Below are positions 8,712 through 18,331 of a DNA stretch of 64,000 bases, in pieces. How positions within the stretch are numbered: the first letter of the stretch is position 1; each line of letters starts with the position of its first letter. The position numbers and the translations under genes are program-made. The DNA comes from an archaeon. Its GTDB lineage: Archaea; Nanobdellota; Nanobdellia; SCGC-AAA011-G17; GW2011-AR20. The stretch spans positions 111,762 through 175,761 of the forward strand of contig NZCT01000024.1 of assembly GCA_002688355.1 (NCBI GenBank), in the 5' to 3' direction. The notes beneath the pieces are model-generated. The model had not been told where the DNA came from, ran no database searches, and worked only from the letters and a program-made list of their open reading frames with translations.

Positions 8712-10436
8712 TTATGATTTAATTTTATATAAATAAATTCCATTATTTGTTTCATATAAAATAGAATAATCTAATTCATGTTTACTTACAATATAATCTA
8801 TATTTTCAACATTTTCTACATCATCAATAACAATATTATCATTCATCCAAAAACCTATTATCGTAGAAGTCTGAAGTTCTGCATTACCACTGTAAATTGA
8901 TTCCTGTTGATTTTTATTTATAGGTCCATTATCTCTAACATCAAATAACACATTAGAAGTTTGATCTTTATCATATTCATTAAACCATTGACCTAATTTA
9001 GTTTGTTCACTATTAGTCCAATATATGTTATTATAAGAATAATTATATGCATAATTTGAAACACTTACAACTACAAAAAAGAAAACTAAGAAAACTAAAA
9101 CTTTCTTTAAATCAATATTCTTAATTAAATATTTAGCAAAGTAAATCAATCCTAAAAACACTGCTGTTAAAATTATCAAAGAAGGCCATGAAAAAAATCT
9201 CTCTACAATTAATTTTCCGTAAAAAAAATAATTAATAGCTAAATTTGAAAAACCGACCCAAGATAATGTTAAATTATTAGTCGGCAATAAAGCAATGAAT
9301 ATTATTTGAGAAGAAAATAATATGACTAAACTTGTAATAATTAAAGGATATTTTAAATTCTTCAAATAAAATTTATACAAAAAAATAACAATAAACGCAT
9401 TCAAAAATATCAAAGGTAAAACCATATCCGCATATCTTCCTATAATTTTACCAGAGAACCAAAAAAATAATGTCGGGAATATATTTAATCTTCCTGAATT
9501 ATGGTTAGCCATTATTACTAACGAAGATAAAATAGCAGAGAATGAAATTATTAAAAAGTAATTTATATTTGATTTCTTAAAAATGTTTTTAATTAACTTT
9601 AAGTTTAAAATAAAAGGGAAAAATCCTGTGCTAATAATTAAATAAGCAATATAGAAAATAAATAACGTTGCAAAAGATTCTAAACTATAAACTTTTGTAA
9701 ATGCAGTTGCCTCATAAACTTGAGGAGAAGCTAATACTCCATCTAATTTAAATCCAAAGTTTAAACCATTCCTAAAGATCCAAGGTAAACCAGCTAATGT
9801 TAATGTTAAAAAAACAACTGATCTTTTTTTAATTTCTAATTTTTTATTTAAAATTGCATAAATTAAAGCAGATAGTAAAAATGTTGGAATTAAAATTACT
9901 CCAATTAACCTTGTTAATATTGTTAACCCAATAAACAAACCTGCTAGAACATCAAACTTGTAATCTTTACTAATATAAGATTTATACAAAAAGTATATTG
10001 AAAATAAGAATAAAGTATAAAATAAATTTTCAGACATTATATACTGAGCAAAAGATAAATTTGTAGGAATTACAGAAACTAAAATTGCAAACAATAAAGA
10101 TTTTTTATCATTTAGAAATTCCTTTGCTAATAAAAAAGCTGGGAATATAATTAATGAAGACAATATTGAATTTATTACTTTAATAAAAAAGAAAACAACA
10201 GTCATATCTTTAAACAAATATGCTAATGAAATGAAAATTGGATACAAGGGAGGATTTTGATGTGAAGGTATTCCATGAATATCAAAAGTTCCAGAAGTAA
10301 TAAAACTCCTAGCCATTTCATTATAAACATAATAATCTGAATATGGTCCTGGAACGTCAATAAATGAAGATAAAAGTATTTTAACTATTACAAAAATAAT
10401 ATACAGTAAAATCAAGTATTTAGTTACTTTCTTCAT
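8712..10436 (-). CDS. Polytopic membrane protein, putative GT-C-fold glycosyltransferase (PMT/ArnT-like)
   Basis: At least 10 predicted hydrophobic helices over the first ~450 aa, then a ~120-aa soluble C-terminal domain. The architecture resembles dolichyl/undecaprenyl-phosphate-sugar-dependent GT-C transferases. No diagnostic catalytic motif was verified. Confidence 0.4.
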   Translation of the reverse strand: MKKVTKYLILLYIIFVIVKILLSSFIDVPGPYSDYYVYNEMARSFITSGTFDIHGIPSHQNPPLYPIFISLAYLFKDMTVVFFFIKVINSILSSLIIFPAFLLAKEFLNDKKSLLFAILVSVIPTNLSFAQYIMSENLFYTLFLFSIYFLYKSYISKDYKFDVLAGLFIGLTILTRLIGVILIPTFLLSALIYAILNKKLEIKKRSVVFLTLTLAGLPWIFRNGLNFGFKLDGVLASPQVYEATAFTKVYSLESFATLFIFYIAYLIISTGFFPFILNLKLIKNIFKKSNINYFLIISFSAILSSLVIMANHNSGRLNIFPTLFFWFSGKIIGRYADMVLPLIFLNAFIVIFLYKFYLKNLKYPLIITSLVILFSSQIIFIALLPTNNLTLSWVGFSNLAINYFFYGKLIVERFFSWPSLIILTAVFLGLIYFAKYLIKNIDLKKVLVFLVFFFVVVSVSNYAYNYSYNNIYWTNSEQTKLGQWFNEYDKDQTSNVLFDVRDNGPINKNQQESIYSGNAELQTSTIIGFWMNDNIVIDDVENVENIDYIVSKHELDYSILYETNNGIYLYKIKS

Positions 10437-10523
10437 ATGATTTATATTTAAAAAAAGCTTATAAGATTATCCTGAAAAGATTTTATAAATTAGTTTTATA
10501 AATTTTTCTCTTTAGTTAAAATT

Positions 10524-11468
10524 ATGAAAAATCCAAAAGTCTTTGTAATGATTCCCTCATACAATGAGGAAAAATCTATTGGTAAAGTAATAAAAGAAAT
10601 AAAATTAGCTTCTAAAGATTATAAAATATTAGTAATAAATGATGGTAGTAGAGACAATACTGTTAAAGAAGCTAAAAAAGCAGGAGCACATTATATAATA
10701 GAAAATAAAAAAAATCTAGGTTTAGCTCCAAGTTTCAAAAAAGGCTTAGATGAATGTTTAAAATTAGGTGCAGATATTATTGTTAATACAGATGCTGATT
10801 TTCAATATAATCAAAAAGAAATTCCCAAAATAGTGAAACCAATAATAGATGAAAGAGCAGATGTTGTTCTAACTGATAGAAGAGTTTTACGGTTACGCCA
10901 TATGCCCTTCGGCAAAAAATATGGGAATACACTCTCTACGTTCGTAACAAGAATAGTTTCAGGCTATCCTGTAAGAGATGCACAAAGTGGTTTTAGGGGT
11001 TTTTCAAGGGAAGCTGCTCTAAGACTAAATGTTCTTTCGGATTATACCTATGTTCAAGAAACAATCATGCAAGCTGTTGATAAAAGATTAAAAATAATCC
11101 AAATACCTTGTGAATTTAGAAAAAGAGCTGGTAAAAGTAGACTGATAAGCAATGTATTTAATTACGCAAAAAGAGCTGGTTTAACTATTGTAAAAAATTA
11201 CGTGCATTACAAACCATTAAGAGCGTTATTAACTCTATCATCATTACCGTTAACTCTAGGGTTTCTATTAGGTCTAAGATTTTTATATTTCTTTTCTCAA
11301 GGAGATAATGGTCATGTGCAATCATTAATACTATCTGCTATATTATTAATCATAGGATTCCAAATTGTTGTTCTAGCATTTATTGCAAATTCAGTAGGAG
11401 CTAATAGAAAAATAATTGAAGAAATTCTATATTTAAAAAAGAAGAAAGAATTCTCAAAAAATGAATAA
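10524..11468 (+). CDS. Glycosyltransferase family 2, dolichol-phosphate-sugar synthase-like (DPM1/GtrB-like) with C-terminal membrane anchor
   Basis: VFVMIPSYNEEKSIGKVI...INDGSRDNT...VNTDADFQY (GT-A DXD region) and two C-terminal hydrophobic helices, as in GtrB/DPM1. Confidence 0.7.
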   Translation: MKNPKVFVMIPSYNEEKSIGKVIKEIKLASKDYKILVINDGSRDNTVKEAKKAGAHYIIENKKNLGLAPSFKKGLDECLKLGADIIVNTDADFQYNQKEIPKIVKPIIDERADVVLTDRRVLRLRHMPFGKKYGNTLSTFVTRIVSGYPVRDAQSGFRGFSREAALRLNVLSDYTYVQETIMQAVDKRLKIIQIPCEFRKRAGKSRLISNVFNYAKRAGLTIVKNYVHYKPLRALLTLSSLPLTLGFLLGLRFLYFFSQGDNGHVQSLILSAILLIIGFQIVVLAFIANSVGANRKIIEEILYLKKKKEFSKNE

Positions 11469-12129
11469 AGATTACAAAGAGATGAGGAAAAAAAGTGGAC
11501 ACGAACATCTAATCTCATTATTCTACAGACCATTAACAGAAAGAATAACAAAAGTGTTACTAAAGACTCCAGTTACACCAAATCAACTTACAACCTTAGA
11601 GATACTTATGGCACTTTTAACTGGCTTCTTTTTTGCTTTAGGCGAATGGAAGTTTCTAATCATAGGTGCAATATTAGCACAATTCTCTTTGATATTTGAT
11701 CTTCTTGATGGTCAAGTAGCTAGATACAAAAAACTAAGAACCATGTTTGGTAGTTTTTATGATAAAATAGCTAACAAGATAATGAAATACTTAATGTTCT
11801 TGGGAGCAACAATAGGAGTTTATAGAATGACAGGCAGTACTATATTTTTAGTTATTGGTGCAATTGCCATTTTTAACATTACAATGATTTCATTTATTAC
11901 TCATGTAAGGCATCTTCAAGGTTATTCAAGAAATATTTCTGAACTACCAAGATCAAAAAAATACTTTATTCCTTTTGGAATGTTAACTGTAGTCGCAATA
12001 TCAGTATTCGCATTATTTAATATTTTAGACGTTTACTTATTTTTATTTGCTACTCTAGGAACATTAGCTTGGATAAAACAACTTTTCACACAATATAAAA
12101 TAGGAAAAGATATACCTAAGACTGATTAA
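11461..12129 (+). CDS. CDP-alcohol phosphatidyltransferase-family membrane protein
   Basis: DLLDGQVARYKKLRTMFGSFYDKIAN approximates the D-G-x2-A-R...G-x3-D-x3-D signature (the last Asp is replaced by Asn). The protein has multiple TM helices. The ORF overlaps the upstream GT2 gene by 8 bp. Confidence 0.5.
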   Translation: MNKDYKEMRKKSGHEHLISLFYRPLTERITKVLLKTPVTPNQLTTLEILMALLTGFFFALGEWKFLIIGAILAQFSLIFDLLDGQVARYKKLRTMFGSFYDKIANKIMKYLMFLGATIGVYRMTGSTIFLVIGAIAIFNITMISFITHVRHLQGYSRNISELPRSKKYFIPFGMLTVVAISVFALFNILDVYLFLFATLGTLAWIKQLFTQYKIGKDIPKTD

Positions 12130-13093
12130 ACTTTGATTTAAGTTTTTCCCAGATTTTTAATTTCTTCAATATATTTAATTCAGAGTGATACTTTGAAAAT
12201 ATTAATAAATTTATAATATAAATCAAAACTAATCTCAAAATAAAAGAATTAAAGATTATTGCAGCATCTATACCTATTGTACCAAATATTACAATACCAA
12301 TTAATTCACGTGCACCTAAACCAGAGATACCTATTGGAAATACAACTAAAATTATTACAGATAGTAAAGAAAATACAAAGAAGATTTCTATTATATTTGT
12401 TTGTTGTCCAAAAGCTAAGAATAAAAAAAAGAATAATGTTGACTCAACAAAATTTTTTACTAATGTAATAAGTACATTATATCTTATATATTTCTTATAA
12501 TTTTTCGTGTAGAGTTTAAAACTATTGTAAACATCTTTTACTAATGAAGCATATTTCTTAAAAATAAACTTAATTAAAAATTCTTTAAATTTCTTTGAGT
12601 TAATGATTACTGAAGATAAGACTATTACGGAGAAAATTATCAAAGGCAAACCTATAAAGAGAAAATTAAATTGTTTTAGTATAAATATTGCACCAAATAT
12701 GCTAAATATTATTTTCATAATTAAACTAATTGTTTTATCTAAAACAACAATAGTTGTAGATTTAGATAACTCTATCTTCTCTTCTTTTAAAAAATAAATC
12801 ATCAGTAAATCAGCAATTTTTCCAGGGAGAAATACTGTAAAAAATAAAACAAAGAAGTTATATTTTATTACACGAGATAATTTAATTTTCTTAATTGGTC
12901 TTGATAAAGTCCAAATGTTTATAGAAGCTAAAATATACACCAACAAAAGAGTCAGCACTATTGGTATTAAATATAAAAAATTAAAGTTCTCTAAAGTTTC
13001 AAGTAATTTAACTGGATTAATCTTATAAATTAGGAAAATTAATATCCCGATTCCTAAAATTGTTGATAAAATCTTAGAGATTTTCATTTTCAT
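12116..13093 (-). CDS. Polytopic membrane protein (UPF0104 / lysyl-PG-synthase-TM-like, flippase-like)
   Basis: Eight or more hydrophobic segments. Topology and size resemble the flippase-like membrane domains often found in glycan clusters. No motif was confirmed. Confidence 0.3.
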   Translation of the reverse strand: MKMKISKILSTILGIGILIFLIYKINPVKLLETLENFNFLYLIPIVLTLLLVYILASINIWTLSRPIKKIKLSRVIKYNFFVLFFTVFLPGKIADLLMIYFLKEEKIELSKSTTIVVLDKTISLIMKIIFSIFGAIFILKQFNFLFIGLPLIIFSVIVLSSVIINSKKFKEFLIKFIFKKYASLVKDVYNSFKLYTKNYKKYIRYNVLITLVKNFVESTLFFFLFLAFGQQTNIIEIFFVFSLLSVIILVVFPIGISGLGARELIGIVIFGTIGIDAAIIFNSFILRLVLIYIINLLIFSKYHSELNILKKLKIWEKLKSKFNQS

Positions 13094-13138
13094 GACTAAG
13101 GGATTAGTTTTAAAAGTTTTTTCTATATTCTAATTTGT

Positions 13139-13663
13139 ATGAGAGGATTTACTATATGGATAACTGGACTATCTGGATCAGGAAAAACTACAATTGCAAA
13201 TAAATTATCAGAGTATTTTGCAAAAGAAAAAATCAAACACGAAGTTCTTGATGGTGATTACTTAAGAGATAATGTTGCTCAAGATCTAGGTCACAGTGAA
13301 AAAGAAAGAGAAATGCTTAGGAAAAGAATAGTTTTTGTAAGTAAATTACTGTTAAAACACGATATACCTTGCATACTCCCTGGAGTCTATTCAACAAAAG
13401 CTATTAGATCCTACGCAAGATCAGAATTAAAGAATTTTGTCGAAGTCTATTTAAAATGCCCATACGAAGTATGTGAACAAAGAGATCCTAAAGGACATTA
13501 TAAAAAAGTAAGAGAAGGAACTCTGAAGGATTTTGTAGGATTTGATATGCCATATGAAGAACCAGAAAATCCAGAAGTAGTTCTAGAAACAGATAAGCTA
13601 AATCCAGAAGAATGTGTTAATAAAATAATAGAAAAAGTAAAATCTTTAGAGCATCTAGATTAA
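13139..13663 (+). CDS. cysC: Adenylyl-sulfate (APS) kinase
   Basis: TIWITGLSGSGKTTIANKLSEYF...EVLDGDYLRDNV matches the APS kinase P-loop and LDGDxxR motifs. The size (174 aa) is typical. Confidence 0.7.
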   Translation: MRGFTIWITGLSGSGKTTIANKLSEYFAKEKIKHEVLDGDYLRDNVAQDLGHSEKEREMLRKRIVFVSKLLLKHDIPCILPGVYSTKAIRSYARSELKNFVEVYLKCPYEVCEQRDPKGHYKKVREGTLKDFVGFDMPYEEPENPEVVLETDKLNPEECVNKIIEKVKSLEHLD

Positions 13664-13714
13664 GTTAAAATTACCCATAAAAAAGATTATAAGTATTCTT
13701 AAAATCTCAAAACA

Positions 13715-15541
13715 ATGTCAAAGAAATTATTAATTATAAATATAGATGAAAACACAAATGAAGCAAGTTCTATAATAGATAGAACAAACCAAAAAGATCT
13801 AGAAATATTATATTTAAATAATAATATCATAAACAAATCTATAAAACATAAAATATTAGATGATTTATTCAAGCCAGAATATGCTACAAAGATAGATATT
13901 GAAGCAAGAAATATAGTAAAAAAATGGTATAAACCATTTGAAAGTAAACTAAAGTACTTTGGATTAATTCTACCCCAATTAATAGAGAATAACTTTCTAA
14001 TGATGTGGTGGATTCTCTTAAAAATAGAAATAATGAAAAAATTAATTGATAGTGAAAAACCAGCTGAAATAGAAATAATAACAGAATATAAAGAAGATAT
14101 ACACATAATAGAAGAGCTAATAAAAAACAAAGAAACAAAATTCAATCATCATTTATTAAGTAAAGGGACAAAAATCCTACCAAAAGAGATATTTAAAAAA
14201 TTTTCAATTAAAGCAATTTCACACCTACAAAATATCCTATTTAAACTTAAATCTAATAAAAATAATAAAAATAATATATTAGTTCTAAGCAATTTAAGAC
14301 AATCACTTCCTTTATTAAAAGAATTAAAAAAGAATAAGAATAATGTAATCATAAGGGCTGGAGAAAATATTGGAAGATCATTATTTAACAAATATTGCGA
14401 TTATTACATAACTTTTAATGAATATTCAACTCCAAGGATAGCCAGAAAATTAAAATCTATAGAAAAAATATTACATCAGAAATATGATAACATAAAAAAA
14501 GATAAAAAATACCAAAAAGATCTTTTTTACCACATACCCTTATTTAAAGTTCTAGAAAAATATTTAACAAAAATATTCTTAGAGGATTTTAAAAATCTAA
14601 TCAAATACATAGAAATTACAAAAAATATTAAATCAAAAATAGATATAGTTGTAACTCATAATGATATAATTGCTTTTGAAAAAACAGTTGTTCAAACTGC
14701 AAACAAATTAAATATACCAACTGTAACAATGGTTGAAGGTTTCTTATCTAAAAGTAAAATAAGTAAAAATAATACTTTCGTTCCTTTCTCTTCTCAAAAA
14801 ATGGCATTGCATTCTGAAGATTTAAAAAATTTCATAATTAAAAATTACAAAATACCTAAAGAAAGATTAGTAGTTACAGGACATCCTATGTTTGATCATT
14901 ACAAAAATGAAAAACCAGCTTCAAAAGAATCTGTACATGAATTATATAATATTCCTAAAGATAAAAAAATAATTCTATATTCTGCTGAAAAATATAATAA
15001 TGATAACAAATATCAAAGTTCAATTTGGTCTGCTTACACAAAAAAACAATATTTAAGCATATATGAAGAATTATTCAAAGCAATTAAAAATAATTCAGAT
15101 GCATTTCTAATAATTAAAAAGCACCCCTCAGAAATAATGGATGGTTCTATAATTGATAATATTGCTAAAAAAGAAAAAGTAGATAATTTTATTACAATAA
15201 AACAAGCAAACTTACATGATCTAATAAATGCATCAAGTATTGTAATTGTTAGATTATCCACAATTGGATTAGAATCAATGATACTCGACAAACCAGTAGT
15301 AATAATGGACACATATTTTGACACAAATGATAATGTTGGTTACACAGAGTTTAATGCATCATTACATGCAAAAAAACCAGGAGAATTAGGAAAAATCTTA
15401 AAAAACTTATTACATGATAAAGAATTACAAAATAAATTATCAAAAAATATAAAGAAATTCATCAATTGTAATTATCCAATAAATGATGGATCTGCATCTA
15501 AGAAAATGTCAAACTTAATTAAAAATATGATCAAAAAATAA
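13715..15541 (+). CDS. Large protein with C-terminal TagF/TagB-like CDP-alcohol (glycerophospho)transferase domain
   Basis: C-terminal VVTGHPMFDHY...KDKKIILYSAEKYNND...IIKKHPSE resembles the VTGYPRND / ILYAPTWR / HP motifs of CDP-glycerol glycerophosphotransferases. The N-terminal ~300 aa is lysine-rich and of unknown function. Confidence 0.45.
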   Translation: MSKKLLIINIDENTNEASSIIDRTNQKDLEILYLNNNIINKSIKHKILDDLFKPEYATKIDIEARNIVKKWYKPFESKLKYFGLILPQLIENNFLMMWWILLKIEIMKKLIDSEKPAEIEIITEYKEDIHIIEELIKNKETKFNHHLLSKGTKILPKEIFKKFSIKAISHLQNILFKLKSNKNNKNNILVLSNLRQSLPLLKELKKNKNNVIIRAGENIGRSLFNKYCDYYITFNEYSTPRIARKLKSIEKILHQKYDNIKKDKKYQKDLFYHIPLFKVLEKYLTKIFLEDFKNLIKYIEITKNIKSKIDIVVTHNDIIAFEKTVVQTANKLNIPTVTMVEGFLSKSKISKNNTFVPFSSQKMALHSEDLKNFIIKNYKIPKERLVVTGHPMFDHYKNEKPASKESVHELYNIPKDKKIILYSAEKYNNDNKYQSSIWSAYTKKQYLSIYEELFKAIKNNSDAFLIIKKHPSEIMDGSIIDNIAKKEKVDNFITIKQANLHDLINASSIVIVRLSTIGLESMILDKPVVIMDTYFDTNDNVGYTEFNASLHAKKPGELGKILKNLLHDKELQNKLSKNIKKFINCNYPINDGSASKKMSNLIKNMIKK

Positions 15542-15542
15542 A

Positions 15543-16730
15543 ATGTCATTTAAACTAAAAGAATTTGAAGGAAAAGAATTATTAAAAGAACATAACATTA
15601 AAATTCCAAATTCTACACTAGTAGAAGATTTAGAAGATTTAAAAAATACTTCAAAAGGTGTTGTAAAAATACAAACACTCTCAGGGAAAAGGGCAAAAAA
15701 TAAAGGAATTAAAATTTGCAATTCAAAAGAAGAAATAAAAAATTATTCTCAAAGTGTTTTAGGGAAGAAAATATTAAATGAAAAAATAAAGGAATTATTA
15801 ATTGAAGAAAAAATAGATTACGAAAAAGAATACTATTTTGCATTAATATTTAACACAATAGATAAATGTCCTCAATTATTAATAAGTAAAGAAGGGGGTT
15901 CAAATATAGAGGAAAATTCTCATACAACATTTAAAAAAAATATAAATCCTCTTCTCGGGATTCAAGATAATTTATTTAACGATTTAGAAAAATTAAACTT
16001 TGAAGATATTATAAAATTAAAAGAAACTATCTTAAACTTACACAAATGTTTTGAAAAAAATGACTTAAAATTATTAGAAATAAATCCTTTAGTTTATTCT
16101 AATGAAGAATATATTGCCTTAGATTGTGTAGCAATAATAGATTCTGAAGCATTGAAAAGACATAAATTCAATTTTCCAGAAAGAATAGGGTTCAGAAAAC
16201 CAACAGATTTAGAATTAAAAGCAAAGGAAATTGACAAAGATGATTATAGAGGTGTGGCTGGAAAAACGTTTCTAGAATTAGATGGAGATATTGCAATTCT
16301 AGCCTCAGGTGGTGGAGCTTCTGTTGTTTGTATGGACGCTTTACTAAAATATAATGGAAAACCAGCAAACTACACAGAATATTCTGGAAATCCATCTCAA
16401 GAAAAAGTAAAGAAACTAGCAACTTTAACACTTTCAAAAAAAGGATTAAACGGATTATGGATAGTTGGTGGAACAGCAAATTTTACAGATATTAAAGCAA
16501 CATTTCAAGGATTGATAGATGCATTCAAAGAAATAAATCCGCAATATCCAATTGTAATAAGAAGAGCAGGTCCAAATGACAAAGAAGCATTTCAATTAAT
16601 GGAAGAAGAATCTAAAAAAAATAATTGGAATGTACATTTGTTTAACGAAGAAACACCAATGACATTAACAGCAGAAACTATTGTTTCTCTTTCACAAGAA
16701 TACAAAAACAAAAATGGCAATACTAATTGA
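15543..16730 (+). CDS. Succinyl-CoA synthetase beta-subunit-like ATP-grasp protein (acyl-CoA or citryl-CoA synthetase large subunit-like)
   Basis: N-terminal KLKEFEGKELLKEHNIKIP (as SucC NLHEYQAK..GIPVP) and C-terminal ASGGGASVVCMDALLKYNGKPANYTEYSG (as SucC GGEPANFLDVGG). Confidence 0.65.
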   Translation: MSFKLKEFEGKELLKEHNIKIPNSTLVEDLEDLKNTSKGVVKIQTLSGKRAKNKGIKICNSKEEIKNYSQSVLGKKILNEKIKELLIEEKIDYEKEYYFALIFNTIDKCPQLLISKEGGSNIEENSHTTFKKNINPLLGIQDNLFNDLEKLNFEDIIKLKETILNLHKCFEKNDLKLLEINPLVYSNEEYIALDCVAIIDSEALKRHKFNFPERIGFRKPTDLELKAKEIDKDDYRGVAGKTFLELDGDIAILASGGGASVVCMDALLKYNGKPANYTEYSGNPSQEKVKKLATLTLSKKGLNGLWIVGGTANFTDIKATFQGLIDAFKEINPQYPIVIRRAGPNDKEAFQLMEEESKKNNWNVHLFNEETPMTLTAETIVSLSQEYKNKNGNTN

Positions 16731-17598
16731 TGAAAACACAAAAGTTCTAGTACAAGGAATAACTGGAAAAGAAGGTTCAAAATCAACCAAAGATATGTTA
16801 GACTATGGAACAAAAGTTTTATGTGGAGTCACTCCAGGGAAAGGTGGGCAAGAAGTTCATGGTATCCCAGTTTACAACACAATAAAAGAAGCACTAAAAG
16901 AACATGATGTAAATACTTCAATAATTTCCGTTCCCCCTTTAAGAGCTAAAGAAGCTGCATTTGAAGCTATTGAAAATAATATTCCATTAATAAATTTAAT
17001 ATCAGAACAAATACCAATTCATGACACTTCAAAGATTTTACAATATGCAAAAGAAAAAAATATTAGAATTGTAGGACCTTCATCTATTGGCATTATTTCT
17101 CCTGGAAAAGCTAAAATTGGTTATATTGGTGGATCTGAAAATAAATCATTCTTGCAAGGGAATGTAGGGATCATATCTAAATCTGGAGGGATGTGTTCTG
17201 AAACAGCACTAATATTAAAACAAAAAAACATTGGTCAAAGTACAGTTCTTGGAACTGGAGGAGATGAATTACTTGGAACTGATTTTGTAGATGCTTTAAA
17301 ATTGTTTAGAGATGATAAAGAAACTAAAGCAATCGTTTTATTTGGAGAAATTGGTGGCTCTTACGAAGAAGAAGCAGCAAAATATATAATAGAAACAAAA
17401 TATGAAAAACCAGTTATAGCGTTTATCTCAGGAAAATTTACTTCACAATTTCCTAACATAACATTTGGTCACGCTGGTGCAATAATAGAAGGTAACAAAG
17501 GAACAAGAGAAAACAAAATAAAAGAGCTTAAAAAAGCGGGGGTTCTAATAGCAGAAGTACATCATGAGATTGCTGATTTAGTTAAAGGAGTAATGTAA
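16714..17598 (+). CDS. Succinyl-CoA synthetase alpha-subunit-like CoA-binding protein
   Basis: MAILIDENTKVLVQGITGKEGS...KVLCGVTPGKGGQEVHGIPVYNT and phospho-His loop FGHAGAIIEGNKGT. The start is taken at ATG 16714 (MAILID) rather than the track start at 16681, giving a 17-nt overlap with the upstream gene. Confidence 0.7.
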   Translation: MAILIDENTKVLVQGITGKEGSKSTKDMLDYGTKVLCGVTPGKGGQEVHGIPVYNTIKEALKEHDVNTSIISVPPLRAKEAAFEAIENNIPLINLISEQIPIHDTSKILQYAKEKNIRIVGPSSIGIISPGKAKIGYIGGSENKSFLQGNVGIISKSGGMCSETALILKQKNIGQSTVLGTGGDELLGTDFVDALKLFRDDKETKAIVLFGEIGGSYEEEAAKYIIETKYEKPVIAFISGKFTSQFPNITFGHAGAIIEGNKGTRENKIKELKKAGVLIAEVHHEIADLVKGVM

Positions 17599-17599
17599 A

Positions 17600-18331
17600 A
17601 TGGAATGGAAAACAAAAATATCAAACTTTAATGGTAAAGATGAAACAGTGAAAGGTTTTGATTTAAATGATTTAATCGGAAAAGTTTCTTTTTCTGAAAT
17701 GATATTTATTTTACTAAAAGGAGAAAAACCTAAAGAAAATGAAATAAAATTAATGGATGCAATTTTAGTTGCTACAGCAGAACATGGAATAAATACTCCT
17801 TCAACATTAAGTGCAAGAGTATCAGCATCAGCAACACATAATCTAATCTCTTCCTTAACTGCAGGAATTTCTTCAATAGGCCAATATCATGGAGGTGCAA
17901 TAGAATCATTAGCACAAATACTACAAGAAAATAATTCAAAATCAGCAAAAGATATTGTACAAGAGTTCACAAGTAAAAATCAAAGACTTCCTGGCTTTGG
18001 TCATAAAATATACGAAACAGATCCAAGAGCAGTAAGATTATTTGCAGTAGCAAACGATCTAGGAATTAATAGCACTTACACAAAATTAACAAAAGAACTT
18101 GAACAAGAACTTGAACAAGTAAAAGGTAAAAAATTATGTATAAACATTGACGGTTGTTTAGCAGCATTAATATCTGAATTAAACTTCAATTGGAAAATTG
18201 CAAATATATTTTTTGTTTTACCAAGAATCTTAGGTCTAACAGCACATATTCAAGAAGAAATAGAAGAAGAGAAACCATATAGAAGACTAAACCAAGAGGA
18301 TATTAAGTATGAGAGTAATAGCAACAGTTGA
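17600..18331 (+). CDS. Short citrate-synthase-family protein (citryl-CoA lyase-like)
   Basis: ILVATAEHGINTPSTLSARVSASATHNLISSLTAGISSIGQYHGGAIE and GFGHKIYETDPRAVRL match the citrate synthase catalytic-domain motifs (GPLHGG and GFGHRVYK..DPR). The 243-aa size matches citryl-CoA lyase or the ACL C-terminal domain rather than a full citrate synthase. Confidence 0.6.
   Translation: MEWKTKISNFNGKDETVKGFDLNDLIGKVSFSEMIFILLKGEKPKENEIKLMDAILVATAEHGINTPSTLSARVSASATHNLISSLTAGISSIGQYHGGAIESLAQILQENNSKSAKDIVQEFTSKNQRLPGFGHKIYETDPRAVRLFAVANDLGINSTYTKLTKELEQELEQVKGKKLCINIDGCLAALISELNFNWKIANIFFVLPRILGLTAHIQEEIEEEKPYRRLNQEDIKYESNSNS

Noticed and set aside
16681-16713. Track start of the SucD-like ORF at 16681 (MFLFHKNTKTK...)
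   Set aside because: The homologous SucD N-terminus begins at MAILIDENTKVLVQGITGKEG (ATG 16714). The upstream extension overlaps the SucC-like C-terminus by 50 nt and has no homology support.
15543-18331. Interpreting the SucC/SucD/citrate-synthase-like trio as a reductive-TCA ATP-citrate lyase for carbon fixation
   Set aside because: The genes are translationally coupled inside a glycan-tailoring operon and no other rTCA genes are in view. A pathway-specific role is more parsimonious, and this is kept as a finding instead.
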